Part shown: piece after piece, positions 23,790-37,709 of the stretch | Layout: every line of letters begins with the position of its first letter | How positions within the stretch are numbered: the stretch's first letter is position 1 | NCBI RefSeq assembly: GCF_004010195.1 | Contig: NC_057719.1 | Location: 90,316,515 to 90,380,514, forward strand | From: Chiloscyllium plagiosum | Taxonomy: Eukaryota | Direction: 5' to 3' | Length of the DNA stretch: 64,000 bases | Program-made: the position numbers and the translations under genes | The notes under the pieces: model-generated | What the model saw: only the letters and a program-made list of their open reading frames with translations | What the model was told of the DNA's origin: nothing | Database searches by the model: none

Positions 23790-25345
23790 TGGCCAGTGCA
23801 GGTTTTTCGTGTGGCCATTCCCCTCAATAACAAGTATACCGCTCTGAATACTGTTGTGGGGAATGACCTTTCAGGGGCTAACAGCAGCAGTCAGGCCAGT
23901 GGCACTGTGACCAGCTCTGAGACTCAGAGGGAAAGGGTGCAATAAGACAAAGTGATACTGATAGGAGACACAATTGTGAGAGGGTCAGACCAGGAGGTTC
24001 TGTGGCTACTGAAGAGACACCAGAACGGTGTGCTGGCTGCTGGGTGGGAGGGTTAAAGATGTCTCCAAAGGGTTGCAGAACATTCTGAAGGGGAAAGGTT
24101 AACAGCCAGAAGTCATTATGCAAGTTGGTACAAATGACATAGGTAGGCAAAGGGATGGGGTCCTGAGAAGTTAGTACAATACTGGGAGTTAGGAAAGAAG
24201 CTAAAAAGTAGGACCTAAGGGTAGTGATCTCCAGATTACTCCCAATGCATTCACCAGCGAGGATAGAAATAGAAAGATAGACCAGATAAATGTGTGACTG
24301 AGTGGCTGATGTGGAGGGCAGAGTTTTCAGTTCTTGGATTATTCGGATCTCTTCTGGGGTAGAGGTGACCTGCAGGACAGCTTGGCACTTTATCCAGAAG
24401 GGGACAAATATTCTTGCAAGGAATTTGTTAGTTTAAACCCTCCCAAGTAACACTATTTTGGCAGGGGTGGGGACAAAATAATAGAGGGGCCATCAAGTCA
24501 GGGAGAATATACTAGTCATTGAGAGCAAGTTTACTATTCAGGACAGCCAGGATACAGTAAAAAGAGGGAAAACACTTCTGGTTTAAAGTGCATTTATTTC
24601 AACGCACGAGGCCTAACTGGTAAGGCAGACAAACTCAGAGCATGGATTGGCTCTGGGGACTGGGATATTATAGCCATAACAGAAACATGGCTGAGAGAAG
24701 GGCAGGACTGGCAGCTCAGTGTTCCAGGATAGAGAAGCTCCATGCGTGACAGAAGGAGAAGTAAATGAGGAGGGGGAGATGCCCTTTTGATAAGGGAGGA
24801 CATAACAACCATACTTAGAGGGGATACTCTTAAGGGGTCATCAAATAAGGCCATATGGTTAGAACTTAGAAACAGAAGTGAATGGTCATTTGTTTGGGAA
24901 TGGATTATAGGCCCCCAAATAGCCAGTGGGTATTAGAGGGGCAGATGTGTACAGAAATTGCAGATACTGTAGCAATACCAGAACAGTGTTGGTTGGAGAT
25001 TTTAATTTCCCATATATTGACTGGGCCAGGCCTCCCTGAGTGTCAAAGGCCCGGATGGGTGGGATTTGTCAAATATGTCCAAGAAAGTTTCCTAAATCAA
25101 TGTTTAGAGGGCCCTACTCAGGAGGATGCAACACTGGACCTCCTCTTAGGAAACAAGGTCAAGCAAGTGACTCAAGTGTTAGTTGGACAGCACTTTGGGT
25201 CCAGTGACCATAAATCTCTTAGTTTTAACGAAGTTATGACTAAGGGAAACAAGTGAGAATGTTTTGGACTGCATACATATTACCAGAGAGGAGGTGTTTG
25301 CAGCCTTAAAGTGCATTAAGGTGGATAAATCCTCTGGGCCTGATC
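23790..25345 (+). mobile_element. 5' portion of a CR1 LINE: ORF1 esterase remnant plus ORF2 APE endonuclease
   Basis: IGDTIVRG and VGTNDIGR (SGNH-like blocks), then YFNARGLTGKADKL..DIIAITETWL, YRPPNS, TLDLLL, SDH. Confidence 0.85.
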
Positions 25346-26515
25346 ATTATTGATTCCAGTTTTGTTCGGGCTCCTTGATGCCACACTTGGTCAAATGCAG
25401 CCTTCATGTCAAGTGCTGTCACTGTCACCTCATCTTGGAATTCAGATCTATTGTCCATTTTGATCCAAGGCTGGAATAAGGTCAGGAGCTGAATGACTCC
25501 AGCAGAACCCCAAAGTGGGCACCACTGAGCCGGTTATTGTTGAGCAGTTGCTGCTTGATAGCACTTCACTGATAACCAAAGTTACCTGACGGGGTGGTAG
25601 TTGGCCAGGTTGGATTTGTCCTGCTTTTTATGTACAGGACATATGTGAACAATTTTCCACATTGTCATGCAGATGCCAGTGTTGTAACTGTACTGGAACA
25701 GCTCGACTAGGGGAGCAGCAAGTTCTGCAGCACAAGCCTTCAGTAATAACGAACTGCTGGAATTGTGTCATGGCCTGCAGCCTTTGCAATATCCAGTGTC
25801 TCCAACCGTGGCTTGATATCACGTGGAGTGAGTTGAATTGACTAAGACAAAGCTCCTAACATACTGTTTCTCCCAATTGAAACAGTCCATGCAAATATGC
25901 AGCAGGACCAGGATTGAGAAGCCTTGTTCATAAATGGCAGTAATGTCACACAAGTGCCGTACAACGACCAATTCTAACAAGAACAAACCTAACTATCATC
26001 ACTTGAGGTGCAATGCTGAACCACCAACTCCCAGCATCATTGTGGGGGGGGGGGGGGGGGAACCATCAACTGGTAGATGAACTCAATTCATCAAATATAA
26101 ACATTATGGCTACAAGGACAAATCAGAGGCTAGGATTACCGCAATGAGTAAATCATCATCTCTCCCCAAAACCTGACCACCACGTACAAGGCAAAGCTAG
26201 GAGAATGACGAATATTCTTGACATGAACACTCTCCACTTGCCAGGAACAGTGTAGTTCAAACAATATTTGATAAGCTCAAAATCATCCAGGATGAAGCAG
26301 TCTGTTAAATACCCAATCCACCACCTCTCAACATTAATTCCCTTCAATACTGATGCACAGCAGCAGCACTGTGTACCATCTACAAACTTCACTACAGCAC
26401 CTCACCAAATTATCCTTTGACAGCACCTTCCAAACCTGTGATCTTGGTCACCGAGAAAGACTAGGACAGCAGATGTATGGAACACCACCACCTGCCACTG
26501 CCATGGACTTGGAAA
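25346..26515. mobile_element. Fragments of a second non-LTR retrotransposon family, both orientations
   Basis: Similar text recurs at about 32500-33530 and 47250-48200; subfamily not assigned. Confidence 0.6.
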
Positions 26516-26519
26516 TAAA

Positions 26520-27850
26520 ACACACAGAACATAACAGCACAGTACAGGCCCTTCAGCCCTCGATGAAAACAGCCTCAAGTCCCTCAGCCTTTCCTCAAAA
26601 GACCTTCCTTCCATACCAGGCAACATCCTGATAAAGCTCCTCTGAACCCTTTCCAATGCTTCGACTTCCTTTCTAGAATGCAGTGACCAGAACCGTATGC
26701 AAAACTCCAAGTGCGGCCGCATCAGTGTTTTGTACAGCTGCAGCATGGCCTCATAGCTGCAAAACTCAATTCTTCTACCGATAAAAGCTAACACCCTATA
26801 CGCCCTCTTAACAACCTGGGTGGCAACTTTCAGGGATCTATGTACATGGACATAGAGATCTATCTGCTCATCCACATTACCAACAATCTTATTATTAGCC
26901 CAGTATTCTGGTTTCCTGTTGCACCTTCCAAAGTGAATCACCTCACACCTTTCTGCATTAAACTCCTTTGCCATGTCTCAGCCCAGCTCTCCAGCTTATT
27001 TATGTTTATCCGTAACCTACAACTTCATTCCGCACTATCCACAACTCCAACAATCTTAGTGTCACCCGCAAATTAACTAACCCATCCTTCTACGCCCTCA
27101 TCTACGTCATTTATATAAATGACAATGCAAAACACCACTAGGATGAACATCTCCCATCAACCACCACCCTCTAACTTCTTTCAGCTAGCCAATTTCTGAT
27201 CTCAACCACTAAATCGCAGTCAATCCTATGTCTCCATATTTTGTGCAATGGCCTGCCGTATGGAAGCTTATCAAATGCCTTACTGAAACCCATATACACC
27301 ACATCAACCTGTTAGGTTACCATCTCAAAGAACTCAATAAGGTTTGTTAGGCTCAACCTACCCTTCACAAAACCATACTGATCATCCCTAAGCAACTTAT
27401 TTCTTTCTATATGATTATAAATCCTAACTTTTATAATTCTTTCCAACACTTTGCCCACAACCGAAGTAAGGCTCACTGGTCTATAATTACCAGGGTTGTT
27501 TCTATTCCTTTTCTTGAACAAGAGAAGAACATTTGCTATCCTCCTGTCTTCTGGTATATTCCTTAGACAATGACAAAGATCAAAGCCAAAGGCTCTGCAA
27601 TCTCCTCCTTGGCTTCCCAGAGAATCCTTGGATAAGTCCCATTCGGCTCGGGTGCTTAGATATTTGCACACTTTGCAGAATCGCTAACACCTCCTTGTGT
27701 ATCTCAGTATTCTCCTCGACAACACTGTCTTTTTTCCAGTGTCATTTAGTGCTTCCCCTATCTCCTCTGACTCCACACACAACTTCCCACTACTATCCTT
27801 GACTGGCTCTAATCTTACTCTGGTCATTCTTTTATTCCTGATATACCTAT
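26520..27850 (-). mobile_element. CR1 LINE RT fragment
   Basis: NPGNYRPVSLTSVVGKVLE, LTNLIEFFE, LYKTLMRPHLEFC. Confidence 0.92.
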
Positions 27851-28603
27851 AGAATATATATCACGACTCAGAATGCTTGAAGGTCCTTTGAAACAATACT
27901 GTGGGTGCCCTTCAACACCAGGGGCATAAATAAGTTGAATGGCAACGTTCTTTTCCCTAGAGTGGGGCAGTTTAAAACTAAGGGACACACTGTTAAGGTG
28001 AAAAGAACAAGATTTAAAGAGGACTTAAGGGGCAACTTTTTCACACAGGTTGGTTTGTATGTTGAATGAACTGCCACAGGAAGTGTCGATGCAGTACAGT
28101 TACAACATTTAAAAGACATTTGGATAGATACATGAATTGAAAAGGTTTTGGAAGTTTATGCCCAAATGCAGGCAAGTGGGACTAGTTTGCTTTTGAAAAT
28201 CTGGTTAGCACGGATGAAATGGACTGATAGGTCTGCTTCTGTGCTCTATGAGTACTGAGCAGAGTCCTCAACCATTCCTTAGATGGGATCATTCTTGTAA
28301 ACCTTGTATGAACCCTCGCCAAAGGCAGCACATCCCTACTTTGACACGGGTGCAAAACTGCTCACAATACTCCAAATTCTGTCTGACCAGAATTTTATAC
28401 AGCCACAGTCATGTATCCTTGCTCGAGTACTCTCGCCCTGTTAAAATGAAAGCCAACATTGCAGTTGCCTTCCTAACTGCCAACTGAATCTGCATGTTAA
28501 TCTGAACAGAATCCTGAACTAGGATTCCCAAGTCCATTTGTGCTTCAGATTTCTGAAGCCTTTCCCCATTTCAAGAGAAGTTTATACCTCAATGCCCCTC
28601 TTT

Positions 28604-28923
28604 GGAGCAGCACGGTGGCTTAGTGGTTAGCACTGCTGCCTTACAGCACCAGGGTCCCAGGTTCAATCCAGCCTCAGGTGACTGTCTGTGTGGAGTTTGC
28701 ACATTCTCCCCGTGTCTGCGTGGGTTTCCTCCGGGTGCTCCAGTTTCCTCCCACAGTCCAAAGATGTGCAGGTCAGGTGAAATGGCCATGCCAAATTGCC
28801 CATAGTGTTAGGTACATTAGTCAGAGGGAAATGGGTCTGGGTAGGTTATTCTTTGGAGGGTCGGTGTGGACTTGTTGGGCTTTGGGGCCTGTTTCCTCAC
28901 TGTAAGGAATCGAATCTAATCTA
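28604..28923 (+). mobile_element. HE1-type SINE inserted in a minus-strand CR1 (about 28270-29200)
   Basis: Head, core and aatct tail as in the other copies. Confidence 0.93.
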
Positions 28924-31900
28924 TTTTTTATACCAAAGTGCATAACCTCACATTTTCCCACAGTATATCTACCGCATCATCTCCCACTCTCCTAGCCTTT
29001 CCAAGTCCTTCTGCAGCCTTCCTGCTTCTTCAACACTATCTATCCCTCGACCTGTGTCATCTGCAAGCCTAGAAACAATGGTCTCAGTTCCTTCATCAAG
29101 ATCATTAACGTATAACATGAATTGTTGTAATCCCAGTACTGACTCCTGATGAATTCCATTAGTCACTGGTTGCCATTCCAAAAGAGGACCTCTTTATTCT
29201 CTCACGGACTGCTTCAGTAACTGGGGAATTGCAAGTGTAAGTAATTCTTAATTAAGGGCCCTTGTGACACAATGGTAGTGTCCCTACTCCTGAACCAAGA
29301 GGCCTGTGTTGTAGTCCGGAATATTTCAGAGATTCATATTGAACAGGTTGATTATAAATATAGAATAATTTTTTAGAATTAGCAGAATCCAAACTGAATC
29401 ATCAACTTCTGGCTGATTGATGGTAGGAGTCGGAGCTGCTTGAAAGTACCATCTATCATTTGACTTGTATTCGAAAGCAGCCAGATAGAATAGTAATTAG
29501 CCGGATTGGATTTGTCCTTTTTTTCATGCACAGCACATATGTAGGCTGTTGTCCACTTTAGTGGGGTAGATGCCAGAGTTGCAAACTACAGTAGCACAGT
29601 ATGAAATGGGCAATTATTCTTGCTTGGTTGTAATGGATTTGAAAGTGAAGAGCAAAACATGTCAGATAAAGTATGTTGGGAACGGTCTGGGAATTTGCAT
29701 GACCTGACATATCCCACAATGAAAGAGGAGGATGTGTAGAACATGATGACAGAAATAGGGTGGTGGCACAAAATATCAACTGGATTTTTAAAATTAAAAT
29801 ATTTTGGCAGTATAAATGCTTTGCATTGGAGTATGATTTGTACATTTGTTAAATACTTGATCATGTAAAACATTTCAACAACAGCCCACACATCGTTCGC
29901 AGGTTGTGGCTGTTCCACTTTTGCTGGAACATGCAATAATCCTCACAATTATTCCAGCGGTTATTCCCATAAGGAGGTTAGTTGAATAATTCAGTCAGCC
30001 TCAAACAAATCTTTCAAAAAAGTATTAGAATTCAAGCAAATTTTTTTTTTGGTTTGGAATGCTGTTAATATCACGCAACTGGAGACACTGATTACACAAA
30101 AAGGGATTTCTTTCCTCCTGTAGAAAGTAGGCACTATTGCCCATCTTAAGCTGAGCAGCTTGTTCGGTCATTTCAGAGAACATTTAAGAATCTGTGGGTC
30201 TGCAGTCACGTATTGGTCAGATAGTGTCCCACCTGCTGCAGAGGGGTGAGAAACATCTTTAAACAAGTTGACTGAAAAATTCAAAATAGGGCCAACAGAT
30301 TTATGTCCCGAATGAGAAATTATTGAACAGATGTGTTTTTAATGACAATCAATAGCTTAACAGCCAGTTGCAGATTTTTTTCATTAATTGAAATTTGAAT
30401 GCTACCAGCAACTCTGGTGAGTTTGAAGCTGGTATCTTCAGGACAGGAGTCTGAATCTCTGGATTACTAGCCCAGTGATATTACCATTATGCCATCATCT
30501 CCCTTTACAGGGACCACACGTGTTAACACGATTTGTCACATCATTAAGAAACATACAAATTCTGATTTTTGAATGCTCCAGTGTTCCTGCCTCTTATGCT
30601 GTAAAATCGTTGTTCTGATGCCTTTCATAAGAATTATCCTGCAGGAAGTTCCCTGCTGTAATTTACTTAATGGACATCAGAATTAATCAGTCCAGAGACA
30701 GGGAGCTTTGAGCAATCTTAACAGTCCAGAAATCATTACAAAGCAAGCTCCAACAATTAAATCATCCAATATTCAACAGCTAGTTTCAGTGCCGCACATT
30801 TATAGCATAAAACAAGGATCGTGGGAATAAGGCAATGAAGGTTGAGTGTCCATGGAACTTTATTCCCCAGAGAGCAGTGGAGGTCACTGAACATATTCAT
30901 GGTTGAATTCAATAGATTTCTGAAGGACCAGAGAGTTGAGAGCTATGGAGGCAGACAGAAAATTGGGGTTGAAACTACCAAATCAGCCATGGTTTTATTG
31001 AATGGCTTCGCAGATTTGAGGGGTCAAATGGCCTACATCTGCTCCCGAGTCCTATGCTTCTACATATCTGTAAAGCATATTGAAATATTACAACGTATCT
31101 TTTGACAATCTCTGTGCATCAAACACTCCTTCTCCTGCATACATGTTACATGAATTCTGATCAGACATGATGTACTATATCAATTGTAACCCTGTTCAGT
31201 CCATCTTAGGGAACACATGCTGCAATATATGGCACATGCTTAGGATCCTAAAGGTTAAAATGAAAAAGTTATGGACATTTTTAGATATGTTATTACTTTT
31301 AAACTCCAGATTATGGGTTTGCACTGTACAGAAAGACTTTTGTCTTTTTCCTTGAAGGATAAGACCATCTCTTCATTTAACTTGTCAACCAAGTCAACCC
31401 CCTACCAAGGGCTTCCCCTGTCCTAACATTGAAAACACTGGTTTCTTTGTGAACTCCCAATCACCCTCTTTGGACTCATCTTACCCATGTCTGCTCAGTT
31501 GATTGTATTTCTATTAAAATGATCAACGTTCAACTCCTCTGGTCACCACACTAGTTGCATTTTGAGTGACTCTCTCTGTCGCTAAGTATTGCTTTCCAAA
31601 TGTTCTAAACAGGCACCATTCCCACAGTTCCAACTATTTTCTTCAGTAACCAATCATGGTGCACAATTTCCACTTGCCCTTCCTTCAGTCTTCAACAGTC
31701 AAGCATATCATCCTCCTCTAATGCCGGTCCTCCATCATACACTTGCTCGGCTGATCCTCACTTTGCCACATCTGGAGCACCTTGCCCTCAAGAGAGTCAC
31801 CTGTAGACTCCTTGCTAGGGCTATCCTTCATCCCTGAAATTCCTCAGCTAAATGCTGTCTCTCAGTATAAACAGGGTTCCTACCTTGGACCAACATCTCA

Positions 31901-34339
31901 ACAAGTTTCTATTCACTCTGCCAATGAGCAAATAAACCATGTTAAAACCAGGTTTTGGTAATTTCAGGAGGCGGCTTGAAATTCTGTTTTGTGTTCTGAA
32001 GGGCAGTAATCTGTTTCAAAAGAACTTCCATCAAACACAATAGTACCCTCTAGTTTCCTGCTTTAACATGGAAACCCGGAACCATTACCTAAAAATACAC
32101 AGATGAATAATTCTTCCTGGAGCACAATAATAATAGTGGATAATCATCAGGAATTTTAAATGTTACAAACTACATCAGCTTCAGTTTGAAGTTGACTTTC
32201 CCTATAAAGCAGTTAGCCATCATCAACACTAGAGGCTAATTAATCGAGTGATCTTTAAAGCTTGTTGTAGTTTATTAAAAATTCACTCGCAAAACGCGAG
32301 CATTGCTGGCTGTGGCACATCCAGAGTTTCCTGAAAATATGTGGGGAGCTGAAAGATTTACCTCACTGGTGCTGGAGGAGGAGTGTCTAGGAAACAACAC
32401 CCCTCTGATTAAGTTTTGAGATTAGAAGTTACCAAGCTCAGAAAGGTGACGAGGAATCAACTTGCTGGCACCATGAGAATACATTGCAGCCCTTGGGGTG
32501 CAGGTATACACACTGTGCCATAAGGAATTCTGGGATTTTGGCCAAATGGACAGATGGTGACAAATTTCCAAGTCAGGATGGTGGTGTTCCCATGTACCTG
32601 CTGCCTTTATCCTTCTAAAAGGTAGTGGTTGTATATTTGAAAGGTATTGGCAGAGTAGCCTGTGTGAGGGCCTGTAGTGCATATTGCAGATACTGCTGCA
32701 CCTCTATGATGGAGGGAATGAAGGCTGATGGGGTTTTAAGGTTGAGGTTCGTTGGAGCTGTACTCGACCAGGAAAGTGAGGAGCATTCTATCGCGGACCT
32801 GACTTTGTAGATAGTGAACCAATTTTGGGAAGTCAGGAGTTATACATCACAGAATTCCTAGCTTCTGACCTGGTCTTGTAGCCACAGTATTTATATGACT
32901 GGCCCAGTTCAGTTTTCAGTTAATAGTAAGGATAGTGATGGATTCGGCAATGGTAATGTTTCTGAAGGCCAGGGAAAAAGGATTAGATTCTCTCAAATTG
33001 TAGAGTGTTATGGCTTGGCACTTGTGTACTATGAATTTGTCCCTCATCAACCCAAGATATCCTGATTTTGTTGCATATTTGTATGTGCAGGTCAGTATCT
33101 CAGAAGTCACAAATAGTGCAAATATTCCTACGTCTGACCTTATGATCAAGGCAAAGTCATTGATGAAGCAGCTGAAGATAGTAGGGTCCTCAGAACTTCT
33201 GCTGCAATGCCCTTGGCTTAGATAATTGAACTTCCAACATCACCCACACCTCCAAAACCACATGACTTTGGAACTATTATTGGAATATTGTCAGGGTCCT
33301 TATCCAGACTTCCATTCATTTCTTTATATCACCGAGTGAATCAAACTGCCTGAAGACTGGCATCTGTGATGCTCGGTCTCAAGAGGATGCCAAGATGTAT
33401 CAAGCACCTACTTCAGTCTTGCCTTTTATTCTGACATGCAGAGCTTCCTGTCATTGAGGATGATGTTACTTATGAATCTGCTTCCTCCAGAGAATAGCTT
33501 AATTGCCAATGAACAGAGGATCATAGGAGCTTAGATATGACCCAATGCTTTGTAGGTTTGCTTATTCTCATGGTGACAGTAAGTTGATTCCTAGTCACCT
33601 TTCTGAGCACGATAACTTTAATATCAGAATGCGTTCAGAGGGATATTGTTTCCCAGAGGCTTCTCCTCCAGCACCTGCTAGGTACATGTTCCAGCCTTTA
33701 AACCCACGAATTCAGTCTTTTCAACCCAAGCTCAAGCTCCCTCCCACATTTGTGTGGTGACTTCCAGAAATTTGCAGCTCTCCCTCCCCCAATTTCTGGC
33801 AGATTAATCTTGTCTGTGTAGTTTTCAGGGATATCGTAAACCCTTACCCTTTCAAACTTCACCTCCATGGTAACTTTAATCACATGGGCCTTGCAGAAAT
33901 GCTTATGAGCTATCAAGACTCCAATTTTCTTATTAAAGTTGATTACTCAAAGTACAAATGTTTCCAACCTGACACTCAATAATTTCTAAGACTTGAGATT
34001 TACAGTCTTTCCCTGATTAACATGGTAAGCACCCAACACCTTTTTCTCAGTAAAATGATCCGAGCCTCATTTAATGTCTAACCACCAAATCACTCCGTTT
34101 GCTGTCAGGCAGGATTCAAAATAGGTCACGAGTTCAATTTGCTTACTTCATGTTAAATGTAATACCAAACTGTAATCAACATCATAATTGCAACATTAGC
34201 CATTATTGTTACAAGCTCCAAAGTGCAAGGTCATTATTGAGCACATCCTCTAATTACTAGCAGTTTGGTCATACAGAACTTGAGCATTGTTGAAAACAAC
34301 TATTTTGTAAAAGCTTTTTGTCTTACACTCATCAAGACA

Positions 34340-34565
34340 ATACTCAACTACACATTGCCTTCCCAATTACCTTCCCCCATCTTCTCTCCCACCCTCCTAT
34401 TTATCTGCCATGTCCCTTCCTCCCCATCACACATTCCTGATGAAGGACCTATGCCCGAAACATTGACTCTCCTGCTCCTTGGAATGCTGCCTGACCTGCT
34501 GTGCTTTTCCAGCAGCATACTTTTCGACTCTAGTTTGCAGCATCTGCAGTCCTCAATTTCTCCCT
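34340..34565 (+). mobile_element. PLE 3' terminal fragment with degenerate hammerhead core
   Basis: CTGATGA at 34437-34443 ..GCCC-GAAA-CATT, followed by the family tail gatgctgcctgacctgctgtgcttttccagc-like sequence. Confidence 0.75.
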
Positions 34566-35570
34566 GTACTCAAAAAATACCAATTTAAGGGGAAAAATAA
34601 TTTTTATACTGAGAGGAAAGTGTTGAGCAATTAGCAAATGGATTCGGATTTGTAGAAGCGCTGCCATGAAAAATGCACCAAATGATGGTGATAGACAGTT
34701 AACTGCCAGTTCCTTTAAAGTGTTAAACCAAAATTCTGAATATGTCCTATTAGGGCTTGAGAAACAGGGAATGGCTAGTAGCTGTCTTGTTGAGTTCATG
34801 GTATGTACGTGCACACAGGACCCTGTGTATTAATAGTTTTCACTATACACTGCTTGCCTAACCACCCTAAATTGACTGCTGATGCAATTCTTTGCCTCCA
34901 CAAATGCTAATTGTACAATCACCGATCATTAACTATTAGTCATCAGTTTGTGCATTCTCCAAGACAGCGCTTGCACCAAAGTCCACTTGGTAACCAATCA
35001 GCACACACCTCTCAAACAGCTTAAATTCTAGCCAGCCCTTTGAATTGGTAAACTGCCCTGTTAAGTGCAAGGCCAAAAGCTTCAATAAAATTTGCCCTTT
35101 CCTTAGTAGCAGGCAAATCCTCCTGATCTTAATTGTCATTTAAAAATGGTGTGTACAAGTGCTTGATATTCAGACAATAAAGGAGGAAAAAAGCAAAATG
35201 GAATGGCAGTTATTTTAACATTGCAAGATAGCATTGAGGGAACAAAGCTCATTTATTAGAGCTGAGAAACAAAAAAGGGTGTGATCATTCCACTGTGGGT
35301 ATCCTCCAAACAGCAAGAGGCAGAGTTGGAGAAGAATATCAGCATAGAAATGACTGGGCTCTAAACGTACATTCAATTTCCTCATTAAACCCATTAATTA
35401 AATATTAAGCATTAATACTTGTCACTGCGTCCCATAAGGAATGCGTTTTTTAAATGGTGTCCTCAACTTAAATATCCCACCAACATTTAAGCTTTGTTTT
35501 TCCACAGCTTGTCATCAGATGACAAGCATTGTGCTTTTTTTAAAATCCAGAATGACTTGGTATCCTGAAG

Positions 35571-36074
35571 TGTGAGAGAATGCCAAAGTAGAGAAAAGGT
35601 GATGCCTTTAACACGTTGCAAGTGGGCATCAGAGCCGCCCTGCTCTTGCCACGGGACTATGCCTACATCAGGAAACGATAAGAGACAGACCAATACACAC
35701 CAACACGCCAAGGGAACAAAGGGGGGTGCTAGCCCCTGCCCTCACAGAGAGAGGCAAGCAGATAATACCCGGACCTGTTTTACATAAACCAATTAGCTCC
35801 CTATTGTGCGTGCCCTGCAACTCTCCTGGGACGGCAGGAAACAGCCTATTAGCACCTACTCCAGTGATGATGGGGAACTATCATCCCATTCATCCTCAAA
35901 TCCCACACATCCTGACAACTAAAAGTATATAATATAAAGCTGCGCGCAGGAACAGCAGAGCAGCCTAGATTCGGACCTCGGTTGATCTCCGCCGGCGTTA
36001 CTGCAGTAATAAACGTTACCGATTGTTGAACCGCACTCTGGGCTCGGACTGATATCATTTCATCCGCGCTAACA
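35571..36074 (+). mobile_element. Probable solo LTR
   Basis: TG...AACA ends, about 500 bp, TATA-like 35926-35938, AATAAA 36008-36013, many retained CpGs, imperfect 5-bp flanking duplication aagtg/acgtg. Confidence 0.65.
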
Positions 36075-37264
36075 ACGTGACAATTGGCAGTCGCTCAGTA
36101 CACCTTTCAGCACGCTGCAAGATCAGACTTCCTTCCTGAACACCCACATTCCAAACTTCTCATCGGGGGTTTTAAAAGCTATTTATATTGCTGCCAAATA
36201 ATAACAATCTGACATCAGTTAAAATCTAAATCATATTTCCAAAGAAGCTATTTCAACGTCCCTTCAAATAGAACTTGGCAGTTTTGATGTCGGGAAGATG
36301 CAGTTTTTTTTTATATAGGATAAAGAGTTTCTAAGTTCACAACCAAGAGGAAATACACCATTCCTCCAGTCATAATCTGCTGGTAAATGATCTATTTAAC
36401 CCAATGACATGGTCACCATGTGACTACAATGTAATTATGGTGCCAATCACCACAGATTTATGCCAACAGCTCATTACCAGTAACAGTACCCATAGCAGTT
36501 AACTATGTCAGAGTCTCCATTTTAATATTTCATATAATATTCCCACACTATCAAATTGCACCTGTAGATCAGCTCATTTGCTCACATTGACACTTAGCAA
36601 GTATAAAAATAAAAGCTAAATACTGCAGCTGCCAGAAACCTGAAATAGAAACAAAACACGAGAAATACTCAGCAGGTTAGACAGCACTTGTAGAAGAAAA
36701 AGTTAGTATTTGAGGTCAATAACTTTTCATCTTTCTTACGTTTATTTTCTAGGGAGAGAAGGGTGGATGAGAAATAGACTACTCTGTACAGCATCTCTTA
36801 AACACCTATTAGTCTTCTTCACAACATGGTCCATGTTAGCTGTGTGTTCCATGTGCCAACTTATGAGGCATTTATAGCTCCAGCACTTTTAAGCTAAAAT
36901 AAATTGAGACCAACTCCAAGGGGAATACAATTTAAAGCCCACAGCTTTTTACTTCACGATACTTTTAATGCTGAATTGAATTGGACAAAGAATGCTTTAA
37001 AACCAACGACCGTGGAAGGGATTGCTGCACTTTTTACAAGTACAGAATCTCATTGTAAATTATGTTTACACTGTTACCTTGTTTAAACACTGTCAGAGGT
37101 GGAGTTGTTGGTAGGCGGCCTGGTGTCAGAGGGTGAGTAACATTTGGCCGACAAAAGGTTGCTGATTGCCTTTGTCATCAGCAATTCCACAAACCAATCA
37201 ATTTAACAATAAGAATCTAATTGATGCATAGATAGATGTATTTATAGCTTGTTGGTATGCACAA

Positions 37265-37568
37265 TAGATTAGATTAGATTCCCTAAGGTATGGAAACAGG
37301 CCATTTGACCCAACAACTGCATACCAACCCTCCAAACAGTAATCCACCCTGACTAATGCACCTAATACTATGGGCAATTTAGCATGATCAATTTACCCGA
37401 CCTGGACATCTTTTGATTGCAGGAGAAAACCGGAGCACTTGGAGGAAACTCATGCAGACATGGGAAGAATATGCAAATTCCACACAGACAGTAGCCCGAG
37501 GCAGGAATAGAACCCGCTCCCTGGCAATGTGAGGCAGCAGTGCTAACCACTGAGCCACTGTGCTGCCC
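37265..37568 (-). mobile_element. HE1-type SINE, diverged
   Basis: Reverse complement of the head, core and (aatct)n tail. Confidence 0.9.
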
Positions 37569-37709
37569 GATACTGGCAGAAGCATACGGACCAAGACAAG
37601 GACAAATGCTGCATCTTTCTCTCCAGTGAAATATTTGTAATGTAAAGAAAACTAGCTTGTTTTCCCTAACCAGTTGCTGCCAGCTGTAGCCTTTCACCAA
37701 TAACTAAGG

